Virus record (IMG/VR): IMGVR_UViG_3300027763_000032
Span: 32,001 to 96,000 of that record
Length of the DNA: 64,000 nt
DNA from: a virus
Direction: 5' to 3' (one strand)
Position numbers and translations under genes: made by a program. Within the stretch, counting starts at the first letter, position 1. Every line of letters starts with the position of its first letter. Below are positions 28,382-36,801 of the stretch, piece by piece. Under the pieces are notes generated by a model. That model was given only the letters and a program-made list of their open reading frames with translations, was not told the origin of the DNA and searched no databases.

Positions 28382-29653
28382 ATGAAACTAAGACAGCTAT
28401 TTGAAGGACTAGGACAAGAAGTTGCCATTATATTTGGTCGCTTTAATCCCCCGCACAAGGGACATAGAGCCGCATGGGAACTTGCCGCTAAGAGTCCCGT
28501 TTGGTATGTAGGCACAAACGAAAGCACAGTAGGTCCAAAGGATCCATTACCATATGGTATTAAAGTAGAAGCAATGACTGCCATATGGCCAGAAGTTGAA
28601 GGACATATTATTGCAGAAACAAGTTGGCTAACACTAGCTAGTCTAGTATACGAAAAGCACGGTGATGTTACACTACTATGCCTAACTGATGAAGATTGGG
28701 TTACTAAAACTATTGTACAGTACAATGGTAAAGAAGGTGCCCACGGTTTCTATAATTTTAAAACTATTAAACAAAAACCAACACCACGTTTAAGTTCAGC
28801 TACTGCCCTACGTGATGCAGTTTCTAAAGGTGATCGTGAAGCCTTTGCCACTGCCGCAGGTGTAGATGCTGATACGCCTGTTGCTGGTAAACCGTTCTTT
28901 GATCTAGTAGCAGAATACCTGCTACCATACTCTAATGCACCTGTAAAGAAAACTGCAAAGAAAAAAGTTGCGGCTCCTGTGGAAGGCATAGATGAAGGCT
29001 GGAAGGATTTGGCAATAGGTGGAGCAATGGCTTTGGGCGCTCTAGGTGCAGGACACTCTCAGGCAGCAGACTTGAGTCATTTTAACACACAATATCTACA
29101 ACAAGTGGTCAAAGGAGAACATCCTCGTCCAATGGTTAGCATTGATGATGCTAAACAAGAATTACAGGATAGAGCAAACGGTAAGAAACAAGCTACAGCT
29201 CCTGCTAGAATTGATTTACCGAGCGGATCGAATGGTTTTAGTAAAGAATATCTACAAAAGGCGGCGGACCCAGATCGATTTGGTAGATACATGATTAGCG
29301 TAGAAAAGGCGCAAGAACTATTGAATAAAATAAACAAAGGTACGACAGAAGGTATTATGAGTTTTTTAAAAAGCGAGCCTCCTAAAAAGAAATGGAATCC
29401 TGCTAAAGATTCAATAGTAGTTAGTAACAAAAAAGACGACGAAGCATGGATCAAACTTTTATTAGATAAACATCGTAGAGGTATCGAACTTACAGATCGT
29501 GAATGGAATTCAATCCAGCAATGGAAACTAAAACGTAATATGAAAGGTGAGGATGCGGCAGGTGTAGGTATTATTACTAAACAGAATTCAACTGTGGATG
29601 TAAACAAAGGTACGCCCCGTAAAAATCTCAAAGCATTTAGACTAGTAAAATGA
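28382..29653 (+). CDS. HIGH-family (cytidylyl/NMN adenylyl)transferase with modular C-terminal extension
   Basis: FGRFNPPHKGH, SSATALR; MKLRQLFE N-terminus. Confidence 0.75.
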   Translation: MKLRQLFEGLGQEVAIIFGRFNPPHKGHRAAWELAAKSPVWYVGTNESTVGPKDPLPYGIKVEAMTAIWPEVEGHIIAETSWLTLASLVYEKHGDVTLLCLTDEDWVTKTIVQYNGKEGAHGFYNFKTIKQKPTPRLSSATALRDAVSKGDREAFATAAGVDADTPVAGKPFFDLVAEYLLPYSNAPVKKTAKKKVAAPVEGIDEGWKDLAIGGAMALGALGAGHSQAADLSHFNTQYLQQVVKGEHPRPMVSIDDAKQELQDRANGKKQATAPARIDLPSGSNGFSKEYLQKAADPDRFGRYMISVEKAQELLNKINKGTTEGIMSFLKSEPPKKKWNPAKDSIVVSNKKDDEAWIKLLLDKHRRGIELTDREWNSIQQWKLKRNMKGEDAAGVGIITKQNSTVDVNKGTPRKNLKAFRLVK

Positions 29654-29937
29654 AACAATATAAGATAACAAGTCAAGACTTAAATCAGGATAGCCCTGAT
29701 GATTGTTATCTTGCGCCTGATGATCCTGTACACGAACTAAAAATATTATCAGGCATGGGCGGACTAGGTGCCGAAGCTAGACTACATGAGTATCGTGCTA
29801 ATCAAGGCAGTAACATTAGTGTTACCGGCAACAGTAAGGGCGAGCTAATGAAGAAGCATAACATACAGCCAGGAACTCAAGAATGGTTTAAGCTATGGTT
29901 TAGTCTGCCTTATCTCACAGGGGAGCCACCTGTATGA
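29650..29937 (+). CDS. Hypothetical protein
   Basis: ATGA-coupled; C-terminal NIQPGTQEWFKLWFSLPYLTGE. Confidence 0.7.
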   Translation: MKQYKITSQDLNQDSPDDCYLAPDDPVHELKILSGMGGLGAEARLHEYRANQGSNISVTGNSKGELMKKHNIQPGTQEWFKLWFSLPYLTGEPPV

Positions 29938-30068
29938 GATTACGCGAACTGTTTGAACATAAAAAAGGCATTCGTGCCAAAAAATATAACAAAAAACCTA
30001 AGAAGTTTATTGAACCTATTAAACCTAAAAAAGCGGAGTCGCCGCAAACTACTAAGGAACCATCATGA
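29934..30068 (+). CDS. 44-aa Lys-rich peptide with capsid-targeting-like N-terminus (not in ORF track)
   Basis: MRLRELFE-HKKGIRAKKYNKKPKKFIEPIKPKK...; ATGA overlaps at both ends. Confidence 0.7.
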   Translation: MRLRELFEHKKGIRAKKYNKKPKKFIEPIKPKKAESPQTTKEPS

Positions 30069-30397
30069 AAATACGTGAACTATTAGAAGCAAAAACTAAA
30101 AAAGCCGAAGCACCTAAGCCTCGTAACTTTGTAGCTAAAAATGCTATTAATACAGGCGCTGGCGCACACAAAGACAAAAAGAAAGCCGCAAAGCAAGGTG
30201 ATGCTAAACACAAGAATAAAGACTATGAAATGGCTGAATCTGCTAGTGCAGGTGCAACTAGTGCGGCTAACGTAGGAGTTGGTCCAGTATACCCTAACAA
30301 AACAGGTAAAACTAATAAGAATAAAGACGGTACAACAAAAAATGCGCTGGATGTTAAGGGCACTAACTTACTCACCGGTGGCAGCTTAAAACGCTAA
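30065..30397 (+). CDS. Basic putative head-internal protein
   Basis: MKIRELLE N-terminus; internal MAE-SASAGATS. Confidence 0.7.
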   Translation: MKIRELLEAKTKKAEAPKPRNFVAKNAINTGAGAHKDKKKAAKQGDAKHKNKDYEMAESASAGATSAANVGVGPVYPNKTGKTNKNKDGTTKNALDVKGTNLLTGGSLKR

Positions 30398-30400
30398 ATA
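30395..30400 (+). promoter_or_regulatory. Late promoter core (TAAATA)
   Basis: cTAAATAt before ATG 30424. Confidence 0.55.
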
Positions 30401-30423
30401 TATAAAGATAACGGAGTTACCTC

Positions 30424-31482
30424 ATGCAACCACAAGTACAAATGCAAGGACCAGATGACGAAGGCGGAATGGCCCGTGCTGACCTATATAGAGCTGCCAA
30501 GCACTCTATGAAACTGTTTCAAATGATTCAGAATAACCAACAGTTAGAAGGTTGGGTACAAGCAAAGATTACTAAAGCGGCAGATTACTTAGACAGTATC
30601 TACCACTATATGGAATATCAAGTAAAGTTTGGACAAGGCGCTGTTGCGTCAAGTGTTGATGACATTACTGGAGATATGGAAACTGCCGCTCGTGCCGCAG
30701 AAGAAGCCGATGACGAAAAAACTGATATGGAAGAATCTATGAACTACGAACAAAAACTACAGGCACTATTAGAAAGTGCCGTTAAGAAAGCCAAGAAAGA
30801 TTATGATGGCGATGGCAAAGTTGAAACAAACAAAGATGAAGTTTGGGGATCACGTGCCAAGGCTGCGGCAAAAGCAGGCAAGCCATTCAAAGAAGGTTTC
30901 CCAACTGTCGATGATGCAAAGAAAAATGCACAGGGTACAGCAGGCATGAAGCCAGGCGAAAAGAAAAAGTCTAGCACTGGTGGTACTATTGAAAAGACAG
31001 CAACAGGTATCAAACATACTGCTGGTAAGAACTACAGCGGCAAAGGTGCTGAAGCTGATAAGAAAGTCAAAGAAGAAAAGTTTGATCCATTAAAGCACGT
31101 TAAGAATCCTACTCCAGGTGAGAAGAAAGCCGCTAAAGATGTCAAGCGCGGTAGCTATGCAGATCGTGCGGCAATGTTAAAGTCAGCTGAAAGAGACGGA
31201 CGTTTAAAAGAAGCTGATGCTAAATGTAATCACACTGAAAAGGGCGAGAAGTGTCCAGTACACGGTCTAAAAGAATGTGGTAGTACAATGGCATACGAAG
31301 CGGCAAAACCAAGTGCAGGCATGAGTAAAGGTGCTAAGTCAGCATTAGTTAAAAAAGCTAAAGCTGGCGGTGACGTTGGCAAGCCAGGCAAGAGTTTTGA
31401 CAAAGTAGCCAAGTCAGCAGGTGGTGGTGAGAAAGGCAAACGTATTGCCGCTGCCGCTATGTGGAAGAACGCTGCCAAATAA
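30424..31482 (+). CDS. Modular K/A/E-rich putative head-internal protein
   Basis: Short modules separated by xxE sites; DYDGDGK Ca-binding-like loop; CNH..C.VH...C. Confidence 0.65.
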   Translation: MQPQVQMQGPDDEGGMARADLYRAAKHSMKLFQMIQNNQQLEGWVQAKITKAADYLDSIYHYMEYQVKFGQGAVASSVDDITGDMETAARAAEEADDEKTDMEESMNYEQKLQALLESAVKKAKKDYDGDGKVETNKDEVWGSRAKAAAKAGKPFKEGFPTVDDAKKNAQGTAGMKPGEKKKSSTGGTIEKTATGIKHTAGKNYSGKGAEADKKVKEEKFDPLKHVKNPTPGEKKAAKDVKRGSYADRAAMLKSAERDGRLKEADAKCNHTEKGEKCPVHGLKECGSTMAYEAAKPSAGMSKGAKSALVKKAKAGGDVGKPGKSFDKVAKSAGGGEKGKRIAAAAMWKNAAK

Positions 31483-31495
31483 GGAATAGACAAAA

Positions 31496-32584
31496 ATGGA
31501 TATGAAGAAAATATTACAAGCCTTTGACGGGGCAACTACAAAGAAGCCTGTTCAAGGTGCTAATGATATGAAGAAGTTTGTATCTATTGTTCGAGAAAGT
31601 ACGAATCCTTACACACCTGCACAAGAATCTGTTATTACAAGTTTTGAAGAAGGTTCAGTAGGCGGTGATGCTAATGCATTTTTATTGGCTGCGGATACTA
31701 TTCAAGACGAAGTAATGGCACAGGTCAACAAGATTAAAATCAACGCAGACGAAGCTAGTCTACGTGACATGATGGAAAAGTTTAATGCTTTCATGACTGC
31801 TTACCACAACGTCGGTAAAGGCATTCTACAACCAGACATGTTTAATGACAGCATGGGAGAAAGCGCAGAAGAACAAGTTGATGAAGCAGGTTCATATCGT
31901 CGTCCAGGTAGCTCATCTGCATACGATAGAGATTATGCATCAAGTGTAAGCGGCATGGGCAAGAAGGATTCATTAGCCTATCAACAAGACGGCGGAGCCA
32001 ACGACGAAGGTTGGGGTAAAGAGCCGTATCAAGCACCACAAGACAAACCTAAAATGACCGGCATGTTCTTTTATAATGTGCAACCTGGACAAGAACAAGA
32101 GGCGGCCAGCTTGGGCGTTAAGAAAACCAAGAGCGGTAAATGGGCAAAGACCAAGTATAATACAAGTGGTCGATCATTTAATATGCAAAAAGATCTAGCT
32201 GACAAAGCATTTGGTGTTGGCAAGTGGTGGGCTCCTAAAAACGAAAGCATTGAAGAAGGTACAGAAAATCGTTGTATGCAATGCGGTATGACAAGTTGCA
32301 AGTGTCCAGGTGATAGTTGCAAGTGTAAACCTATTGCAGGATGGGTACCAGGCAAGGGTTTTAAGAAAGCCATGGAAGAAGCTAAAGAAAAAACAATGAG
32401 TCGTGCGGCTAAAGGCAACGAAAAGTATGGCAAGGACGGAATGAAAGAGCTTGCTAAAGCAGGTCGTGAAGGTGCTAGCGAAGAACAGTTAGATAAAATC
32501 CGTGACAAGCATGACAAATATAGCGAAGGCCTAAGTTTTAAAGATTATGTAAACTTAGCAGAAGCTAAGAAAGGTCTAGAATAA
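31496..32584 (+). CDS. Modular putative head-internal protein
   Basis: Multiple xxE-delimited modules; Cys cluster CMQCGMTSCKCPGDSCKC. Confidence 0.65.
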   Translation: MDMKKILQAFDGATTKKPVQGANDMKKFVSIVRESTNPYTPAQESVITSFEEGSVGGDANAFLLAADTIQDEVMAQVNKIKINADEASLRDMMEKFNAFMTAYHNVGKGILQPDMFNDSMGESAEEQVDEAGSYRRPGSSSAYDRDYASSVSGMGKKDSLAYQQDGGANDEGWGKEPYQAPQDKPKMTGMFFYNVQPGQEQEAASLGVKKTKSGKWAKTKYNTSGRSFNMQKDLADKAFGVGKWWAPKNESIEEGTENRCMQCGMTSCKCPGDSCKCKPIAGWVPGKGFKKAMEEAKEKTMSRAAKGNEKYGKDGMKELAKAGREGASEEQLDKIRDKHDKYSEGLSFKDYVNLAEAKKGLE

Positions 32585-32973
32585 TGAGACTATTAGCATT
32601 AGTATTAGCAGTTGCTTTAACTGGCTGTGCAAGTGTTAAAGATATGATTCCTAGTTTTCAGGATCCTAATCAGTCAGCTAAAATTATTGATGTGCGTCAA
32701 AGTGTAGCACAGTTAGATTGCAAACAACCACACGCACCGCAAGTTAAACAGATTAAAGATAACCTACAATGGTTTGAACTATATAGTACTAGCAAAGGTT
32801 CTAGACAAAACGATGTATTACGTTTAATCAAGCCAATGCAAGAGACTGTAGATGATTTTTACAAGCGCAGTACAAGCGAAAAGCAAGGCAGTGATGCATA
32901 TTGCGAGATTAAGAAAAAGTTAATGTCTACACAAGCTGAACGTGCGGCTAGTGCAGTACTAGGGAGATTCTAA
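32584..32973 (+). CDS. Lipoprotein
   Basis: Lipobox ALTGC after a hydrophobic leader. Confidence 0.75.
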   Translation: MRLLALVLAVALTGCASVKDMIPSFQDPNQSAKIIDVRQSVAQLDCKQPHAPQVKQIKDNLQWFELYSTSKGSRQNDVLRLIKPMQETVDDFYKRSTSEKQGSDAYCEIKKKLMSTQAERAASAVLGRF

Positions 32974-33206
32974 TGAACGAACTTATTCAATGTATTAACT
33001 CAGGTAAAGGTTGGGCCGCTGAACGTGCTAACACAGCATATCAGATTGGTCAAGCACTACAAGCTGGACAGATTAATCCAAGCGAAGCAAAAGAATTATT
33101 AGAGGACCTAGTTAGAACAGATAGATTAGATGCTGAAGCAGACGATATGGCTCTTAAGGCCATGTTAGTAACAGGCATCTATGCAGTAATACAAATATGT
33201 GGATAA
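32973..33206 (+). CDS. Hypothetical protein coupled to the lipoprotein gene
   Basis: Overlapping stop/start. Confidence 0.65.
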   Translation: MNELIQCINSGKGWAAERANTAYQIGQALQAGQINPSEAKELLEDLVRTDRLDAEADDMALKAMLVTGIYAVIQICG

Positions 33207-33642
33207 TATGGAACAGTTAATCAACGCATTAAAAATAGCATTTGCTAGCGAATATGCATTTGCACTAAAGGCACAAAACTTTCATTGGAATACAGAGGGT
33301 GCAGACTTCTACGAATTTCACTTGTTGTTTGAAACAATATATGACGAAGTATACGGAAGCATAGATGCATTCGCAGAAAATATTCGTAAGAGCGGAGGTT
33401 ATACTCCGGCAAGTCTAGCTAAGTTTAGTATGCTAACTGTAGTTGAAGATGAAAATGCTGTTCCAGATGCTAGAGCCATGACTGCTGAACTATTAGCAGA
33501 CAGCGATAAATTAGCACAGATGATGGCAATGGTTTACAAGATGGCTGATGCGGCCGGAGAATACGGGCTAAGTAATTTTCTTGCAGAGCGTCAAGATGCA
33601 CATCGCAAGCACAGTTGGTTTTTACGTTCTACACTAAAATGA
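33199..33642 (+). CDS. dps: Dps / DNA-binding ferritin-like protein
   Basis: NFHWNTEGADFYEFHLLFETIYDE...DAFAENIR...RKHSWFL ferroxidase signature. Confidence 0.9.
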   Translation: MDNMEQLINALKIAFASEYAFALKAQNFHWNTEGADFYEFHLLFETIYDEVYGSIDAFAENIRKSGGYTPASLAKFSMLTVVEDENAVPDARAMTAELLADSDKLAQMMAMVYKMADAAGEYGLSNFLAERQDAHRKHSWFLRSTLK

Positions 33643-33716
33643 ACCCAGATCAATATCCAGTATACCCAGAAGATGATGGCTATGACCGTTTCCGCAATCC
33701 TTACAGCCCTGTTTGA
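33639..33716 (+). CDS. Micro-ORF (25 aa)
   Basis: MNPDQYPVYPEDDGYDRFRNPYSPV; ATGA overlap with the dps stop. Confidence 0.45.
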   Translation: MNPDQYPVYPEDDGYDRFRNPYSPV

Positions 33717-33720
33717 CAAT

Positions 33721-33804
33721 ATGATTGAAGGACTTGCTCGCTTTGGTTGGGGCATGGTCGGAGTAGCGTATCCTATTATAGAAAATGATTATGAGAGCAA
33801 ATGA
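33721..33804 (+). CDS. Micro-ORF (27 aa)
   Basis: MIEGLARFGWGMVGVAYPIIENDYESK fills the gap. Confidence 0.35.
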   Translation: MIEGLARFGWGMVGVAYPIIENDYESK

Positions 33805-34513
33805 ATTTATAACTGAATCGTGGAGTCAAAAATACAAAAAGAGTATTAACTGCTCACACCCTAAAGGCTTTAGTCAAAAGGCACACTGTGCCGGCAAGAA
33901 GAAACACAACGAAAGTGTTGAAATGGAAATGGTCTTCCCTGATTGCAATATGTGTGAATCCCATGGCAATGTTATGGAAATTAAGAAAGGTGCTAAAGAC
34001 AGCAACGGCTTTACTAAATGTTGGTCTGGATATCATGCCGCAGGTACAAAACAAGGTAAGAACGGTTCAGTACGTAACTGTGTAAAGAATGAAAGCACAG
34101 AGCTAGAAGAAGAGTTCGATCTTATTGAATCAATTATATCCGACCTAGCTTTACGCAATGGTGTTAACGAAGATGCTGTCTGGGAAGATTTAGAAACACT
34201 CACAGACGATGAGCTATATGTGTTTGCTGTTACACAACCAGTTAATGAAGATTGGCAAAAAGTCAACAAACATGATAAGACTTCAGGTATGAGTCAAAAG
34301 GCTGTTAATGCCTATCGCAGAGAAAACCCAGGTAGTAAATTAAAAACTGCTGTAACGACTAAACCTAGTAAACTAAAAAGAGGTAGCAAAAGTGCCAAAC
34401 GTCGATCAAGCTATTGTTCTAGATCAGCTGGTCAAAAACGTATGCATCATATAGATTGTTCAAAGACTCCAGATAAAGCAATCTGTGCGGCACGTCGTCG
34501 TTGGAACTGTTAA
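33791..34513 (+). CDS. Modular basic/Cys-containing putative head-internal protein
   Basis: MRANEFITE N-terminus; modules WSQKYKKSINCSHPKGFSQKAHC, CWSGY and KRRSSYCSRS...RRRWNC. Confidence 0.7.
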   Translation: MRANEFITESWSQKYKKSINCSHPKGFSQKAHCAGKKKHNESVEMEMVFPDCNMCESHGNVMEIKKGAKDSNGFTKCWSGYHAAGTKQGKNGSVRNCVKNESTELEEEFDLIESIISDLALRNGVNEDAVWEDLETLTDDELYVFAVTQPVNEDWQKVNKHDKTSGMSQKAVNAYRRENPGSKLKTAVTTKPSKLKRGSKSAKRRSSYCSRSAGQKRMHHIDCSKTPDKAICAARRRWNC

Positions 34514-35274
34514 TGCGAGCAAAAGAGTTCCAGCCAAAAAAACTAGTTATCTTTGATATAGATGACACGCTGGTTCATACACAAACTAAAGTCCACGTGG
34601 TCAAAGACGGACAGGTAACTAAAGAACTTAACAGTCATGAGTTTACACACTATAAACTACAACCGGGAGAACAGTTTGATTTTGAGAACTTTCGTAACGC
34701 ACATGACTTTTTCCACAAAAGTAAACCGATCATTCCAATGATGAATCAACTCAAGCAAGACATCGCTACTGGTAACAAAGTAGTAATGGTAACTGCTCGT
34801 GCTGACTTTGATGATAAAGAGCTATTCTTAGATACATTCCGCAAGTATGGTGTAGACATGGCAAAAGTTCATGTTTATCGTGCAGGCAATATGACTGGCA
34901 AGATTCAAACAGAAGAAAAGAAAAAAATTATTATACGTAACTTGTTAGACAAGGACATTTATACTAAAGCCATAATGTATGATGATGCTGTTCCTAACTT
35001 AGAATCATTTGTAGAACTTAAGAAAGAATATCCAAAGACCAAGTTCTATGCCTGGCATGTTAGCTTAGAGGGCAAAGCAAGCGAATATCAACGTACCGAT
35101 GAAAATTTTGCTGATGGAAAGCACCCAGAAGATAAAGGTGATGCTAAACGTCACGGCATTAACACTAAAGCATCAGTAAGCAGTTTACGTAAAACTGCTA
35201 AACAAGGTGGCCGTAAAGGTCAACTAGCACACTGGTTAGCTAACATGAAAGCAGGGCGAGCAAAGAAACATTAA
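34513..35274 (+). CDS. HAD-family phosphatase (T4 Pnkp 3'-phosphatase-like) with a basic C-terminal module
   Basis: IFDIDDTL, VTAR, MYDD motifs; MRAKEF N-terminus; tail after TDE-NFADGK. Confidence 0.75.
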   Translation: MRAKEFQPKKLVIFDIDDTLVHTQTKVHVVKDGQVTKELNSHEFTHYKLQPGEQFDFENFRNAHDFFHKSKPIIPMMNQLKQDIATGNKVVMVTARADFDDKELFLDTFRKYGVDMAKVHVYRAGNMTGKIQTEEKKKIIIRNLLDKDIYTKAIMYDDAVPNLESFVELKKEYPKTKFYAWHVSLEGKASEYQRTDENFADGKHPEDKGDAKRHGINTKASVSSLRKTAKQGGRKGQLAHWLANMKAGRAKKH

Positions 35275-35278
35275 AGAA

Positions 35279-35385
35279 CACACTACCTTAGGACCAGTAC
35301 TCGTTACTGACTCAAGTGTGCGCAGGCTGCTGGCGCAGGACGGCCCGATTCGCTACCGGGAATCCTGGAAGTGAGCATTTTTTTA
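35279..35385 (+). ncRNA. Candidate structured RNA element (unassigned family)
   Basis: GC-rich non-coding island: cacact/agtgtg, cagta/tactg, tgcgc/gcgca, cagga/tcctg and cccg/cggg stems, ending in a T7-8 run. Confidence 0.5.
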
Positions 35386-35389
35386 CGGA

Positions 35390-35395
35390 TAAATA
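35390..35395 (+). promoter_or_regulatory. Late promoter core (TAAATA)
   Basis: gaTAAATA 4 nt before the desaturase ATG. Confidence 0.5.
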
Positions 35396-35399
35396 TTAG

Positions 35400-36104
35400 A
35401 TGATTATATTATATACGCTAATAGTAACACATATTACAATTGTCTGCGTTACCCTGTTCCTACATAGGGGACAAGCACATAGAGGATTTGTGTTTAATCC
35501 CCTGCTAGAACACTTTATGAGATTCTGGCTATGGCTAACAACTGGCATGGTTACTAAACAATGGGTGGCTATACACCGCAAGCATCACAGATTTAGTGAT
35601 GAGTCTGGTGATCCGCATAGTCCTCATGTATATGGTATATGGCGAGTACTATTTAAAGGTGCAGGATTATATCATTCTGCAAGCAAAGACGCTGAAATGA
35701 TCCAACAGTACGGTGTAGGTACACCTGATGATTGGGTCGAACGCAACGTGTACACCCAACACAGTCGCCTGGGCATTCTCCTAATGTTAGTCATAGACTT
35801 ATTGTTATTTGGGCCGTTAGGCATTGTAGTGTGGGGTGTACAAATGATATGGATTCCATTCTGGGCCGCTGGTGTTATTAACGGTGTCGCTCATTGGATA
35901 GGATATCGCAATGGCACTACTAAAGATCAAAGCCGCAATATCAGTCCTTGGGGTATTATAATAGGCGGTGAAGAACTGCATAACAACCATCATCTCGAGC
36001 CGGCAAACCCTAAACTAAGCAGACGTTGGTTTGAGTTTGACTTGGGCTGGATGTGGTTTACTGTATTTAAAACACTTAGACTAGCTAAACTTAGATCAGT
36101 TTAA
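35400..36104 (+). CDS. desA: Delta-9-type membrane fatty acid desaturase
   Basis: His boxes HRGQAH, HRKHH and ELHNNHH; TM segments. Confidence 0.9.
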   Translation: MIILYTLIVTHITIVCVTLFLHRGQAHRGFVFNPLLEHFMRFWLWLTTGMVTKQWVAIHRKHHRFSDESGDPHSPHVYGIWRVLFKGAGLYHSASKDAEMIQQYGVGTPDDWVERNVYTQHSRLGILLMLVIDLLLFGPLGIVVWGVQMIWIPFWAAGVINGVAHWIGYRNGTTKDQSRNISPWGIIIGGEELHNNHHLEPANPKLSRRWFEFDLGWMWFTVFKTLRLAKLRSV

Positions 36105-36772
36105 AATTTATAGTTAAAACGATCAATTAATGGTTTTGAAGAGTCAGCAACTACAATTCTTAAATGATCTGTGTATAATGTTTGATAGCTAACTAAACGA
36201 TTTTCAACATTTTTATGTTGGGCTGTATTTAATAACAGATCAATCTCACTATTTAAATCACCCGACTCTACTAACATCTGTCGAAGGTCAGCGGCAATAT
36301 TCTCAGTAGTTCCTATCTTAGTTGCGGTAGCAATAAAATTACTGCTAACTACATCATACAAACTTCCGCTAGTAGATAACCACATTTCCCAAAACGGTGA
36401 TTGTGAAGTATTCCTTACTAAATCCGAGGACTTAGATAATATTGACACTTTCTTTTTATACATGTCTGTAGGACAGCATAAAGTTTCTGTAAATTCAGCA
36501 AACGACGGAGTATTGCCAAATGCACGGATTAGGGGGTCGATAAAATTGTCTGCTGGATTATAAATTTCCGACCCATAAATTAAATAATGATACAGACTGT
36601 TATACCATTGCCATGGGTTCCTAACAAACAAATATACGTTAGGACGATGAAAATCATTGGATGGTAGCCTATGTCCAAAATCCTCAATTGTTATTGATTT
36701 CAAAACTTCTCTAACCCAGTTCCCACCAGTCTTAGGCATGTGCAGATATAGCGCATTATTAGTAACTATCAT
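36101..36772 (-). CDS. Sulfotransferase-family protein
   Basis: 5'-PSB-like HMPKTGG and 3'-PB-like FVRNPWQWYNSLY; likely start at 36772. Confidence 0.7.
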   Translation of the reverse strand: MIVTNNALYLHMPKTGGNWVREVLKSITIEDFGHRLPSNDFHRPNVYLFVRNPWQWYNSLYHYLIYGSEIYNPADNFIDPLIRAFGNTPSFAEFTETLCCPTDMYKKKVSILSKSSDLVRNTSQSPFWEMWLSTSGSLYDVVSSNFIATATKIGTTENIAADLRQMLVESGDLNSEIDLLLNTAQHKNVENRLVSYQTLYTDHLRIVVADSSKPLIDRFNYKF

Positions 36773-36779
36773 ATAGAAA

Positions 36780-36796
36780 TATTTATATGATAAATA
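36780..36796. promoter_or_regulatory. Back-to-back divergent late promoter cores
   Basis: TATTTA(36780-85)-tatga-TAAATA(36791-96). Confidence 0.6.
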
Positions 36797-36801
36797 ATAG
36801 C

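Noticed and set aside
22330-36104. Bacterial chromosome or prophage origin suggested by dnaJ, clpA, dps and desA
   Set aside because: These genes are interleaved with T4-like structural, lysis and replication genes and late promoters; there is no integrase or housekeeping synteny
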